This document shows, one piece after another, positions 1 to 7,736 of a stretch of DNA of 64,000 nucleotides (positions are counted from its first letter, which is position 1; every line of letters begins with the position of its first letter). This DNA comes from an uncultured Bacillota bacterium. GTDB taxonomy: Bacteria > Sysuimicrobiota > Sysuimicrobiia > Sysuimicrobiales > Segetimicrobiaceae. The notes beneath the pieces were generated by a model. The model did no database searches. It saw only the letters and a program-made list of their open reading frames with translations, and had not been told where the DNA came from. The translations under genes were made by a program, and so were the position numbers. The DNA lies in the NCBI GenBank assembly GCA_963804645.1, contig CAWDRG010000009.1:1-64000 (forward strand), given 5' to 3'.

Positions 1-1290
1 GGACTGTAATGAAACTACTTGACTATTTGCGCATCCGCCCCGGTAAAATGCTATAGTTCCAATCGCCGTGGAAGGCGTCAGGCCGTAGCGTGATGGCGTT
101 CATCTGTTCGGCGGTCGGGGTCTGATTCTTCGGATACTTGCGGGTGTCGAGGACGCACCGAACCGCCAGCCCCGTAGCCGTTTTGGTGGCGGCAATGAGA
201 TTGACGATCGCCGCGTGCGTGAGCAGCGGACGGCCGCGCCACGTATGCGAGATGAAAGCGAACAGACGATGCTCAATCTTGTTCCACTTACTCGTTCCCG
301 GCGGGAGATGACAGACGGAGACCACCACCCCGGTGTCCCGGGCGAACTTGTGCAGCTCCCATTTCCAGAGGCGAAGGCGCGCGCCATTGCTCCCACCGCT
401 GTCGGCGGTGATGAGGAGCGAAGTGGCGCGCGGGTAATGTTTCCGTCCCTGGTCATGCCACCACCGCCGGATCGTGGCGACGGCAAATGTCGCGGTGTCG
501 TGATCCACGCCGACACTGACCCAGCCGAGGTTCCGCTTGAGATCGTACACGCCGTAAGGAATCGCCTTGCCCCGGGCGGCAGTGAGGAAGTCATGGACCT
601 TGACCGGTTCCGGTTGGCCCTGCGGCCGCCACGCGCGCCCGCCGTTCTTGAAGCGGCCCACCAGCTCTTTCTTCTTGGTGTCCACGGAAATGGCCGGCTG
701 CCCCCGCGCCAACTGCGCGGTGACGGCGGCGTTGATGTGCTCAAACTGCGCATTGCGATCAGGATGGCTGGCACCCTCCAACGTCTTTTGGTTCGCCTGC
801 AGACTATAGTCCAAGTCATGGAGCAGATGGGTCACCAACGTGTGGCTCACCGTATACCCGTGCGCCGTCAAGTCCGCCGCCAAGCGCCGCGTGCTCTTGC
901 ACGTCCAGCGCAGCGGGGACTCGGGGTCGCCCCGCGTGACCGGCTCCACCAACGCCTCCAGGGCGGCGGCCAGGCCCGGGACGAGAACGGTCAGCCGCTT
1001 CCGGCCCCCGCCCGCGCGTCTCACCCGTGTCGGCGCGAGCGCGGGTTTCTGCCGGATCTCTGCGAGCCCCCGCACAATCGTATTGCGAGCTAACCCGGTC
1101 GCCCGCGTAACCACCGCGATCCCACCGCGCCCGAGCGCCCGCGCTTCCGTCCCAGCCCACATACGTCGGTGCCTCTCGTTCATCGTCGGGAACAACGCGC
1201 GGTACTTCGTCCTGATCGCACGCTCAGCGTCCACATCATCAGTATCGGGGAAAAGAGAACAATAATCAAGTTATTTCGTTACGATCCCTC
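1..1290 (-). mobile_element. ISAzo13-family insertion sequence (left end probably runs a few bp off the window)
   Basis: Imperfect terminal inverted repeats flank the transposase: 1-27 GGACTGTAATGAAACTACTTGACTATT versus the reverse complement of 1261-1290, GAGGGATCGTAACGAAATAACTTGATTATT (21/27 match). Confidence 0.88.
23..1234 (-). CDS. ISAzo13-family (Rhodopirellula-type) DDE transposase
   Basis: 403 aa with family motifs GDPESPLRWT, ISVDTKKKE, TADSGGSNG, PPGTSKWNKIEHRLF and FHGDWNY. Confidence 0.95.
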   Translation of the reverse strand: MDAERAIRTKYRALFPTMNERHRRMWAGTEARALGRGGIAVVTRATGLARNTIVRGLAEIRQKPALAPTRVRRAGGGRKRLTVLVPGLAAALEALVEPVTRGDPESPLRWTCKSTRRLAADLTAHGYTVSHTLVTHLLHDLDYSLQANQKTLEGASHPDRNAQFEHINAAVTAQLARGQPAISVDTKKKELVGRFKNGGRAWRPQGQPEPVKVHDFLTAARGKAIPYGVYDLKRNLGWVSVGVDHDTATFAVATIRRWWHDQGRKHYPRATSLLITADSGGSNGARLRLWKWELHKFARDTGVVVSVCHLPPGTSKWNKIEHRLFAFISHTWRGRPLLTHAAIVNLIAATKTATGLAVRCVLDTRKYPKNQTPTAEQMNAITLRPDAFHGDWNYSILPGRMRK

Positions 1291-1410
1291 GACGGTGCAA
1301 CTGGCGATGCGCTTCGTGAGGAGGAACGCCTCGACGGCCTCACTCAAAGGGTGTGTATAGGCTTTATCAGCGGTTTCCGAGTCAGGCGCAACGGCTGAAA
1401 CCCGCGTCAC
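1291..1410 (-). pseudogene. N-terminal fragment of a probable tyrosine integrase, interrupted by the IS
   Basis: Manual translation VTRVSAVAPDSETADKAYTHPLSEAVEAFLLTKRIASCTV ends at the IS IR. LSEAVEAFLLxKR resembles helix 1 of the integrase SAM-like core-binding domain. It starts 8 nt after a tRNA 3' repeat. Confidence 0.6.
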
Positions 1411-1418
1411 AACTGGAC

Positions 1419-1470
1419 TGGCGGGCCCAGGTGAATCGAACACCCGACCAGAGGCTTAGGAGTCCCCTGC
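1419..1470 (-). repeat. tRNA-Arg(CCT) 3' fragment, att-like copy 4
   Basis: Matches 7516-7568 with one substitution and one deletion. Confidence 0.93.
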
Positions 1471-1759
1471 GCGGTGAACTTCAGGCGACGGACGACGGCC
1501 TACACCGATTCTGTAAGGGGTTCCACCGTCTCGACCCGCCCCGAGGCTGGTGCCGAAGAATAATGCGCCGGCTCATTCGCCGGCAGTCATGGCACAGTTC
1601 CAGCCCAACCTCGTGCGTTGTCCCGATCCCGCTACGAGCGCCGCTGGAATGAGTGAGCACCGGTACGTCCGGCGCTCTGTCGGCGAGGTAGAGGGGCCCG
1701 CGGAGACGCGGGCGAACGGCTCCTTGGTAGTGTAGCTCCAACTGCCCCTGGGAGACGCC

Positions 1760-3751
1760 GTGCACGACGCTTCCAACCCATCCGTACCCCCTCGCGAGTT
1801 ATCTCGCGCGGGCAAGATCATTCTGCTCTTGCTGGTGGCGTACGGCGTCGCGGTCATCTTGCCCGATACACTACGCCCTACCGCACTGTATCAGATGGCC
1901 TATTACCTCGAGGGGCTGCCGGAAGCGGTGACCAACGCGCGGCCCTCGGCTCCGCACCCGACGCCGGTTGGCTGGTACCCATTGGGGACGCTCGGCTTCA
2001 CGGCGAACAACGACGGCACCGTCACGTCCGTGGACGACTGCGGGGGTACACAACCCTGCGATGTGCCCGCGTGGAACACGCTGCAGGTGGGCGACCGGAT
2101 CGATCTCAAGAGAACGGGGATCAGCGATCGCCGAGCGGTGAACCAGATGGTGTTTGTCGCTCACGATCGGCCCGTAGTTCTCCAAGTCGCCCCCACACCA
2201 AACGGCGCCCCGGCGCGCGCGATCACTCTCATGCCGAGTTCCGAGGTGCTGCGATTCTTCACCAGCTCGTCGTCGCTCGAGGCCTGGACCCTCCTGCTTG
2301 ATCAACTGGGGGGCCTCTTCTTCATTGGACTTGCGGCGCTTTGTGTCTGGCGGCACCCCACGCGCATGGCCTGGGGATTGCTCCTGTACGCCGTGTGGTA
2401 CAACTCCGGACAGTACTTCGTGTGGTACGCAAACCTTCCCGTCGGAGCTCTTCGCTGGTTTGACTGGCTCCAGGCGATCGCTTCCGGCGCTGGCCTGACC
2501 GGGCTCTTGATGTTCGCCCTGCACTTTCCCCGCGATACGGTCGTGGGGTGGCGGCGACGCGTGGAACCGTGGCTTTTCGTACCGTTTCTAGCGCTGACAG
2601 GGCTGAGCCTATGGTCGTTTCGCAACTTCACCGCAGGCGTCCAGACCGAGCGCGCCTACGATGTCTACTACTATCTCACCTTCGCCATCTACTTGGCGGT
2701 CTTCGCCTTGTTCTTCCATACGTACGTAACCCAGCCCAAGGATCGACCCCGGATCCGGTGGGTCATCGTAGGCGCGCTGTCGGGTCTCCTGTGCTTCTTG
2801 TTCGCCGACGTCTATGAGGCGACGTCGATGCTCAACTGGCTTCCCTTCGCGCTCCCCGAGTGGGTGTTACAGGCACTCTACGCAGTAAACGTGGCCTTCC
2901 CGCTGACCGTCGCCTATGCGATCAGGCGTCACCGGGTGATCAATGTCCGATTGGTGCTCAACCGCTCGTTCGTCGTGGTCGTGAGCCTCGTCCTCGCCAG
3001 CGTTGCGCTAGCGGGGTTCGATCTCGCGTTTCACGCGCAAGTCGGCCGAAACGCCCCTTGGATCGCAGGCATCGCCGCGATCATCGGCGGAATGGTTCAT
3101 GAACGCCTGCGCGGGGTCGAGGACATCGTGGACTGGCTCTTTTTTCGGCGCTGGTATGTCGCCGAGCACGATCTGAAGAACACCGCGGAAGAGTTGGCCC
3201 AATCCACCAGCGTGGAGGAAGTCAACCGCGCACTGATCGATGTGCCCGCGGCCGAGCTCAACCTCACCACCGCAGGCTTGTTTGAGCGTCAAGCGGACGA
3301 GAGCTTCCGACGTGTGCATGCCACCGCGTCCTGGCCGGACACGTTCCTGCCGTCGCTCTCGGCGGGCGATCCGCTGATTACCCTCGTGAAGGACGTGCCC
3401 CTGGCGCTCCCCGATCGCTACTGGGAGCGCCAGATGCCGCCGTCGTCCCCCACGCTCGCGCCGGTACTCGCAGTACCGGTGGCCATCCGAGGGATGCTGA
3501 ACCGGATCGCGTTCTTCGGCCCCCACACCAACGACGAAACATTCGATCGCGATGAGTTGAATATCATCCGCAGGGTGGCGCGAGCTGCAGCCTTCGCCTA
3601 TACGGCATTGGACGCCGACGCACTGCAGGTCAAGAACCGGAAGCTCGAGGAGCAGTTGCGAGAAGCCCAAGCTTCAATGCTGGCCCAAAGTGACCATCGG
3701 GACACACCGCATGCTACCACCCCGAGCGCTGACGGCCAACCCGACGCGTAG
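1760..3751 (+). CDS. Multi-pass membrane protein with PDZ-like extracytoplasmic region and C-terminal GAF-like domain
   Basis: N-terminal TM, PDZ-like LQVGDRID motif, ~8 hydrophobic helices, and a GAF-like C-terminus (VLAVPVAIRG...GPHTNDETFDRDEL). Confidence 0.7.
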   Translation: MHDASNPSVPPRELSRAGKIILLLLVAYGVAVILPDTLRPTALYQMAYYLEGLPEAVTNARPSAPHPTPVGWYPLGTLGFTANNDGTVTSVDDCGGTQPCDVPAWNTLQVGDRIDLKRTGISDRRAVNQMVFVAHDRPVVLQVAPTPNGAPARAITLMPSSEVLRFFTSSSSLEAWTLLLDQLGGLFFIGLAALCVWRHPTRMAWGLLLYAVWYNSGQYFVWYANLPVGALRWFDWLQAIASGAGLTGLLMFALHFPRDTVVGWRRRVEPWLFVPFLALTGLSLWSFRNFTAGVQTERAYDVYYYLTFAIYLAVFALFFHTYVTQPKDRPRIRWVIVGALSGLLCFLFADVYEATSMLNWLPFALPEWVLQALYAVNVAFPLTVAYAIRRHRVINVRLVLNRSFVVVVSLVLASVALAGFDLAFHAQVGRNAPWIAGIAAIIGGMVHERLRGVEDIVDWLFFRRWYVAEHDLKNTAEELAQSTSVEEVNRALIDVPAAELNLTTAGLFERQADESFRRVHATASWPDTFLPSLSAGDPLITLVKDVPLALPDRYWERQMPPSSPTLAPVLAVPVAIRGMLNRIAFFGPHTNDETFDRDELNIIRRVARAAAFAYTALDADALQVKNRKLEEQLREAQASMLAQSDHRDTPHATTPSADGQPDA

Positions 3752-4216
3752 ACGCGCTATGGGGACGGACTGCTAGGCCCAAGCTAATCCAGTCGAGCCG
3801 TCATGCGCGACCGGCGATACCGACGGGCGGCGCCGCCAGAAGGCCCATTCTGTAAGGCGCTCCACCCATCTCGACCCGATCGGGGTGGACCCGAAACGAC
3901 CTGCCAAGACCCCTTAGTCCGGCTCATCACTCGGTGGGTTGTCCCGTTCATGCCGCGCCAAGGCGCTCAGCGCCGCTTCCGATCACCTCAAGGCGGTCCG
4001 CCACCGCTGGGGGGTGAATTCACACGATTGGAACTGCGTCATCCTCTCCCGCAGTCTTTGGGACCGTCTCCCGGCTTAATCGGCGTGTACCATCGCTCGC
4101 GTCACCTTGGAACCCCGTCCCCCCACCGCACGCCGAAGCAGGAAGACGTGGCGGAGATGTGCAAGGACGAATCGTGCGACCAAGGTTGCGATGCGGTCTG
4201 GCGCGGGCATAACCTC

Positions 4217-5296
4217 GTGGTGCGATGGATCGTTAGCCTCATGCTAGCTTCGACGCTGCTCCTTGCAGTCGTCCTGCCCGTGTTCCCCGCGTCGTCAAGC
4301 CTTGCCCCGTTGCTGGCCGGGGTGACGCAGTCCGTCGCGCTCGTGCTGGCGAAAGATGCCAATGGAGAAACCCTTGCGTCTGGGACGGCGTTCGTCGTGG
4401 ACCGTAGCGGCCTTCTCGTCACAGCTTTGCACGTCGTCGACGCCGCACCCCAGGTTGTCTTGGTGCTGCCCGGGTCTCCTCCTCTCCGCGCGGACGTGCT
4501 TGGAATCAACGCGGAGCATGACGTGGCCCTGCTCCGCGTCTCGGGCGCGCCCCGCCAGGACCTGCCCCCACTGGCGCTGAGCGATGTCAGCGCGGTGCGC
4601 GTCGGCGACGGCGTTGTCGTGCTCGGGTATCCGCTACCTTCTCCGCAGAACCCTGCGCTCACGGTAACGCAGGGGATCGTCAGCGCCCTCCGGACGCAGG
4701 AGGGATTGATCCAGATCGACGCGGCCGTAAACCCCGGCGACAGCGGGGCGCCTGTGCTCACGCTCGACGGTCGGGTGATCGGCATCGTCGACGCGTCGGT
4801 GAAAGGGGCGCAGCAGCTTAATCTCGTCGTCCCCATCAACTTTGCGCAACCCCTGATCGAGCGCGCGGCCACCGCCGGGGCGCTCGTCACCCCTATGACG
4901 TTACCGCTCACCCGGCTGACTCCGGTGACCCTAACGTACCAGAGTCAGGAGTTCGGCTTCGGCGCGCGCCAAGCGCTGCTGGGCGTGGCCTGCGCCACAC
5001 CCTCGCCTGACGCCCTTCTCCTGGAAGACGTGAACGTGGCGTTCGAGGCGCAGGGGGCGCTTCACGTGATCACGTGGCTCTCGTGGGGGAAGGGGGCCCC
5101 TCTAAACAGTCCATTGGCGTTCGCGCGGTTGGATGGGACTTCGGTCAGGAAATACACGGGGACCTTGACTCAGCTCAGCGTTCGTCCTGCCATCGTGTGC
5201 CTCAACTACGAGGCCTGGAACGACACCGCTCCGGTCGGGCTGACGTTCAACGTGGTGTTCATGCTAGGGTACCGGAGCTTCACCATCCCGCCGTAG
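4217..5296 (+). CDS. Secreted trypsin-like (S1C/HtrA-type) serine protease; start codon approximate
   Basis: Signal peptide and catalytic motifs TALHVV, HDVALL, NPGDSGAP. The ORF-track extension to 3803 looks non-coding. Confidence 0.85.
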   Translation: MVRWIVSLMLASTLLLAVVLPVFPASSSLAPLLAGVTQSVALVLAKDANGETLASGTAFVVDRSGLLVTALHVVDAAPQVVLVLPGSPPLRADVLGINAEHDVALLRVSGAPRQDLPPLALSDVSAVRVGDGVVVLGYPLPSPQNPALTVTQGIVSALRTQEGLIQIDAAVNPGDSGAPVLTLDGRVIGIVDASVKGAQQLNLVVPINFAQPLIERAATAGALVTPMTLPLTRLTPVTLTYQSQEFGFGARQALLGVACATPSPDALLLEDVNVAFEAQGALHVITWLSWGKGAPLNSPLAFARLDGTSVRKYTGTLTQLSVRPAIVCLNYEAWNDTAPVGLTFNVVFMLGYRSFTIPP

Positions 5297-5394
5297 CCGC
5301 GCTCACGCGTCCGGCGCGGGTGCTCCGCCGAGACGTCGGGTGCGGCCGGTGGGTCTCATGCTTCCACTGAAACGTAGATCAGGGCGCCGCGCCC

Positions 5395-5485
5395 GAGGAA
5401 ATGCCTCCATAGCCTCGGCAATGGGGTGAGCAGGGGCTTTCCCGGCGGTTTCCGAGTCAGGCGGAACGGCTGAAACCCACATCAC
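5395..5485 (-). pseudogene. Second eroded integrase N-terminal remnant
   Basis: VMWVSAVPPDSETAGKAPAHPIAEAMEAF is homologous at DNA and protein level to 1321-1410 and also starts 8 nt after a tRNA repeat. Confidence 0.55.
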
Positions 5486-5493
5486 CACTGACT

Positions 5494-5548
5494 TGGCGGG
5501 CCCGGGGTGAATCGAACACCCGACCAGCGGCTTAGGAGGACCCTGCTC
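5494..5548 (-). repeat. tRNA-Arg(CCT) 3' fragment, att-like copy 3
   Basis: 52/55 identical to 7516-7570. Confidence 0.95.
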
Positions 5549-5588
5549 ACCTCGCTTCGACCCAACAAGTACACGTCGGATTAGGCTA

Positions 5589-5627
5589 TTCAAGAATCTT
5601 GAACGCATAGCGCGCGTGTGATACAAT
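5589..5627 (+). promoter_or_regulatory. vapBC promoter with palindromic operator
   Basis: TTGAAC (5599-5604)-N17-TACAAT (5622-5627) with TG extension. The perfect inverted repeat TTCAAGA-A-TCTTGAA (5589-5603) overlaps the -35. Confidence 0.65.
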
Positions 5628-5656
5628 TAGATTCATTCGTACTACAATCGGGAGGT

Positions 5657-5941
5657 ATGCAAGTGCCCAAGAGCGTGCGGCTCACGCCCGAGCTTGAGGT
5701 CACCCTGGAGCGTGCGGCTGCCTCCAAGGGGGTGCCGGAATCGCAGGTCATCCGTGAGGCGCTACAGCAGTATTGCGAGGCAGCACTCGGCCAGCAACCA
5801 TTGCGCGAGCGTCTGAGGTATGCGATCGGAGCGATCCAGGCCAAGGGTCGCCCGGCTCAAGGAACCAGCAAGCCCGTGCCCCGATCCCGCTGGGAAGGAA
5901 AGGAATTCGTCCGGCTCCTTCGCGCCCGGGGCGAGAAATGA
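5657..5941 (+). CDS. vapB: Ribbon-helix-helix (CopG-like) antitoxin
   Basis: KSVRLTPELEVTLERAAASKGVPESQVIREAL RHH pattern, GGAGGT RBS (start may be GTG 5663), ATGA overlap with the PIN toxin. Confidence 0.85.
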   Translation: MQVPKSVRLTPELEVTLERAAASKGVPESQVIREALQQYCEAALGQQPLRERLRYAIGAIQAKGRPAQGTSKPVPRSRWEGKEFVRLLRARGEK

Positions 5942-6345
5942 CCCTGGCTGATACAGGCCCCCTAGTCGCACTGATCGACCCAAGAGATCCGAATCACCGG
6001 CTATGCGTAGACGCACTTGAACGGTTGTCGTCGCCATTTGTCACCACATGGCCCGTTTTCACCGAGGCAATGTACTTCCTCGGCGACGCGGGTGGCTGGG
6101 CCGGTCAAGTTCCGCTCTGGCAGATGCTCCGACGGGGCGACCTCACCATTGTGGAAAGCTCGAAAGCAGCCATGCGGCGCACGGAAGCGTTGATGGAGAC
6201 GTATCGGGATCTCCCAATGGATCTAGCCGACGCATCGCTTGTAGCCCTCGCCGAGGAACGCGGATTCATGAGGATCTTTACCCTCGATAAACATTTCCAA
6301 GCCTATCGTCTCCATGGTCGCAAGCGCTTCGCCGTTATTCCCTGA
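5938..6345 (+). CDS. vapC: PIN-domain toxin
   Basis: MTLADTGPLVAL...VFTEAMY...MDLADASLV...IFTLDKHF carries the PIN acidic residues. Confidence 0.93.
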   Translation: MTLADTGPLVALIDPRDPNHRLCVDALERLSSPFVTTWPVFTEAMYFLGDAGGWAGQVPLWQMLRRGDLTIVESSKAAMRRTEALMETYRDLPMDLADASLVALAEERGFMRIFTLDKHFQAYRLHGRKRFAVIP

Positions 6346-6375
6346 CGGGGTGATTCAAATCCATCAAACAACTAC

Positions 6376-6430
6376 TGGCGGGCCCGGGGCGAATCGAACA
6401 CCCGACCAGAGGCTTAGGAGGCCTCTGCTC
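6376..6430 (-). repeat. tRNA-Arg(CCT) 3' fragment, att-like copy 2
   Basis: 52/55 identical to 7516-7570. Confidence 0.95.
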
Positions 6431-6657
6431 ATCCGCCCCTCGGGACGCCTTGATTGACACGGGTTCTAGCGGGGCGAGCATGGACTTTCGTGCGTCTTGA
6501 TCGACTCCTATCACCTCCCGATCGGATTGCTGCTCTTGCCGCGACCTTGTCGGGCACGGTAGGCTTTCTGTTGTCTCCTCCATGCACATCGCTTGGAACA
6601 GTAGCGCGCGTATCTTCGGAGCGGCGGTGACCCGCAGGACGTGACTCCGTTCCGCGA

Positions 6658-7503
6658 TTAGGCCAATCCGTGGCGATCCAGCGCTTCCCGCATCTGGCTG
6701 AGGAACTCTGTGCCCATTCGGCGCCCGTTCGGGAGTTGGTCGTCCCGGTCCCAGCGCCACGTTGCGACCATCGCCAACATCAAAACCCGGCACTCGCCAA
6801 GCAGGTCTTGATTAGCAGCCAGATAGTGCTCGCTGACCTCTTCGGGCGCATGGGCGACATCGAACTCAACAGGCCCACGGCAACAGGTCTCGAGGTCTAC
6901 CAACAGCAGCCCTTTCTTCGTCCTGAGCAAATTGCCCGAATGCGGCTCGCCGTGCAGCAACTGCTCGTCGGCGCCGCGGTCGCCGATCGCGCGCCTCAGG
7001 CTGCGCAGCGTGTTGCTTAGAAGCTCCCGGTCCGCATCTCCGAGCTCCGGAGTCTGGGCGCGGTTGCCAACCAGCCACTGCGCCTCCGCGACTCGATCCG
7101 TGAAGTGCGGCGCAGTCACATCGATCCGCCGCATGCCAGCGTGCAGCCGCTCGAGTGCCTGCGCATACTCGGCTGGCGAGACGTCTTGATGGGATACAGG
7201 CTCGTAGTAGGTCCACAGCGTGACCGCGAACCCGTCACGCACGTAGACGCGCGGCTCCACCCGAGGCTCAAGCTCAGCCACCGGGCTATCGGTTTCCGCG
7301 AGCCGCCGACCGACCTCGACTTCGAACTCTGCGCCAGCCTGATGTACTACATGCGCGACCCGAGCAAGAACGTCACAAGGCAGCAGGCGCACAGCGAGCC
7401 GGTTCGAGTCGTGAAGAACGACCGCGTCATCGACCCCCAGGTCAAGCGCTGAGGCAGTCGACATAGCGGCACCCACCGCACGCGGAACTTCTGATGCCTT
7501 CAT
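6658..7503 (-). CDS. Aminoglycoside phosphotransferase-like (APH family) kinase
   Basis: LHGEPHSGNLL and VDLE motifs, GAGG RBS. Confidence 0.88.
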   Translation of the reverse strand: MKASEVPRAVGAAMSTASALDLGVDDAVVLHDSNRLAVRLLPCDVLARVAHVVHQAGAEFEVEVGRRLAETDSPVAELEPRVEPRVYVRDGFAVTLWTYYEPVSHQDVSPAEYAQALERLHAGMRRIDVTAPHFTDRVAEAQWLVGNRAQTPELGDADRELLSNTLRSLRRAIGDRGADEQLLHGEPHSGNLLRTKKGLLLVDLETCCRGPVEFDVAHAPEEVSEHYLAANQDLLGECRVLMLAMVATWRWDRDDQLPNGRRMGTEFLSQMREALDRHGLA

Positions 7504-7515
7504 CGTCGCCTCGGT

Positions 7516-7591
7516 TGGCGGGCCCGGGGTGAATCGAACACCCGACCAGAGGCTTAGGAGTCCCCTGCTCTATCCACTGAGCTACGGGCCC
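7516..7591 (-). tRNA. tRNA-Arg (anticodon CCT)
   Basis: GGGCCCG TAGCTCAGTGGATAGAGC A GGGGA CTCCTAA GCCTC TGGTC GGGTG TTCGATT CACCC CGGGCCC GCCA; cloverleaf with encoded CCA. Confidence 0.96.
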
Positions 7592-7600
7592 GTCGCACGT

Positions 7601-7609
7601 ATTATAACA
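7601..7609 (-). promoter_or_regulatory. Extended -10 promoter of tRNA-Arg(CCT)
   Basis: TGTTATAAT, 9 nt upstream of the tRNA 5' end. Confidence 0.7.
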
Positions 7610-7736
7610 TCGATCCACGGCAGGCCCGGCAGGCAAAATCGGTCTGGCGGAACGGTCCACCGCGCCCTAATCGAACACACGCGACGCCACGCGCGTTCCA
7701 CTGTCACGCGGGCGTCAGCATAGATCACGCAGCGTG

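Noticed and set aside
1600..1730. Minus-strand peptide VSAGPSTSPTERRTY...LIP faintly like an integrase C-terminal GH...Y motif
   Set aside because: The catalytic His is absent and the similarity is too weak to call without an HMM search.
3803..4216. Long N-terminal extension of the protease ORF
   Set aside because: Low-complexity Arg/Pro translation upstream of a clear signal peptide, overlapping the repeated element-end motif.
1419..7570. Repeats as a CRISPR array or as extra tRNA genes
   Set aside because: Spacing is 0.9-4 kb with genes in between, and the copies lack the 5' acceptor strand and most of the D-arm.
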